From IMG/VR virus record IMGVR_UViG_3300037418_001250: 64,000 bases of DNA; one strand, 5' to 3'. The notes below the pieces were generated by a model. The model searched no databases, had not been told where the DNA came from, and saw nothing but the letters and a program-made list of their open reading frames with translations. Position 1 is the stretch's first letter. Every line of letters starts with the position of its first letter. Source of the DNA: an uncultured virus (IMG/VR IMGVR_UViG_3300037418_001250). Its lineage: Duplodnaviria; Heunggongvirae; Uroviricota; Caudoviricetes. This document shows positions 63,473 to 64,000 of the stretch, one piece after another. Made by a program: the position numbers and the translations under genes.

Positions 63473-63510
63473 CAAAAGAAACAAACTCAACAAATGCAAC
63501 AATAAGAACA
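63466..63510 (-). repeat. 5 tandem 9-mers (TGTT-phased)
   Basis: aatgcaaca aaagaaaca aactcaaca aatgcaaca ataagaaca. Confidence 0.75.
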
Positions 63511-63773
63511 AGAGAAGAACATAACATTACAAATAGTTAATGTTTATGGCTGGGGCCTTGGCCTTGCCGCCCCGCCCCCAAATCACCTAGCCCTTGGATA
63601 GCCTCGGCGCGTAACGGGGTTCGAGCTTGCAGAGCCGCCGAAGTCGAGGGCCTTCGGTGGCTCTCGCCGTTTCTGGATGCAACACGTTCAACGCCGCCAT
63701 CAGCCATCACCCCGCCATAGGCACAAAGGGCATGATGCGCCGGTTACGAACCGTCCGTGCTTCCGGGTCAGCC

Positions 63774-63806
63774 AAAGAAAAGGGTGCTCAGTCCGAGCAC
63801 CCGTTT
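63774..63806. terminator. bidirectional terminator
   Basis: GGGTGCTC/GAGCACCC stem, A-tract before, GTTT after. Confidence 0.7.
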
Positions 63807-63841
63807 CACGTGAAGCAACTCGTTGCCGTTTTAGAAAGCCT

Positions 63842-64000
63842 CTAGGCCGCGACCGTTTCGATCTTCTCGATCAACTGCTCGAACTCCAGCTCTTCGAAAA
63901 AGTCGAACACCTTGCGATAGTCGCGCTCTTGGTTTGCGATGGTCGCGAAGTCGAACTTGCCCGGCAGACAGTCGGGCCTAAGCTTCGTCAATTCGAGGTT
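63842..64000 (-). CDS. C-terminus of probable 5'-3' exonuclease (flap/PolA N-domain like), partial
   Basis: Manual translation NLELTKLRPDCL...DYRKVFDFFEELEFEQLIEKIETVAA*. Confidence 0.55.
   Translation of the reverse strand, partial: NLELTKLRPDCLPGKFDFATIANQERDYRKVFDFFEELEFEQLIEKIETVAA

Overview
Most of the genome of a GC-rich temperate phage with a contractile tail. The host is very likely an alphaproteobacterium (GcrA homologue). The intact attP (3' half of tRNA-Cys beside a tyrosine integrase) and the absence of host genes point to the free/excised form. Layout: beta-clamp gene and a PP-loop ATPase module (0-6 kb); terminase, portal, scaffold, capsid, neck, fibre, sheath, tube, tape measure, baseplate, fibres and lysis (6-35.6 kb, +); accessory genes including a Tad1-like sponge, attP/int/xis, nucleases and RecT (35.7-46.9 kb, -); cI/cro switch, GcrA, replication initiator, split primase-helicase and SSB (47-56.6 kb); an array of small early genes plus an SF1 helicase (56.7-63.4 kb, -). 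The most striking unexplained signal is non-coding: a conserved NNGAC-pentaloop hairpin in several late-gene leaders whose 3' arm can alternatively pair with the SD/start codon, suggesting a translational switch. Also seen: a dispersed 17-bp palindromic operator family, 9-bp tandem arrays, a start-associated GACTGGAG repeat, and two basic capsid-region peptides sharing a GDS C-terminus. Family calls come from recognising motifs by eye; no searches were run.
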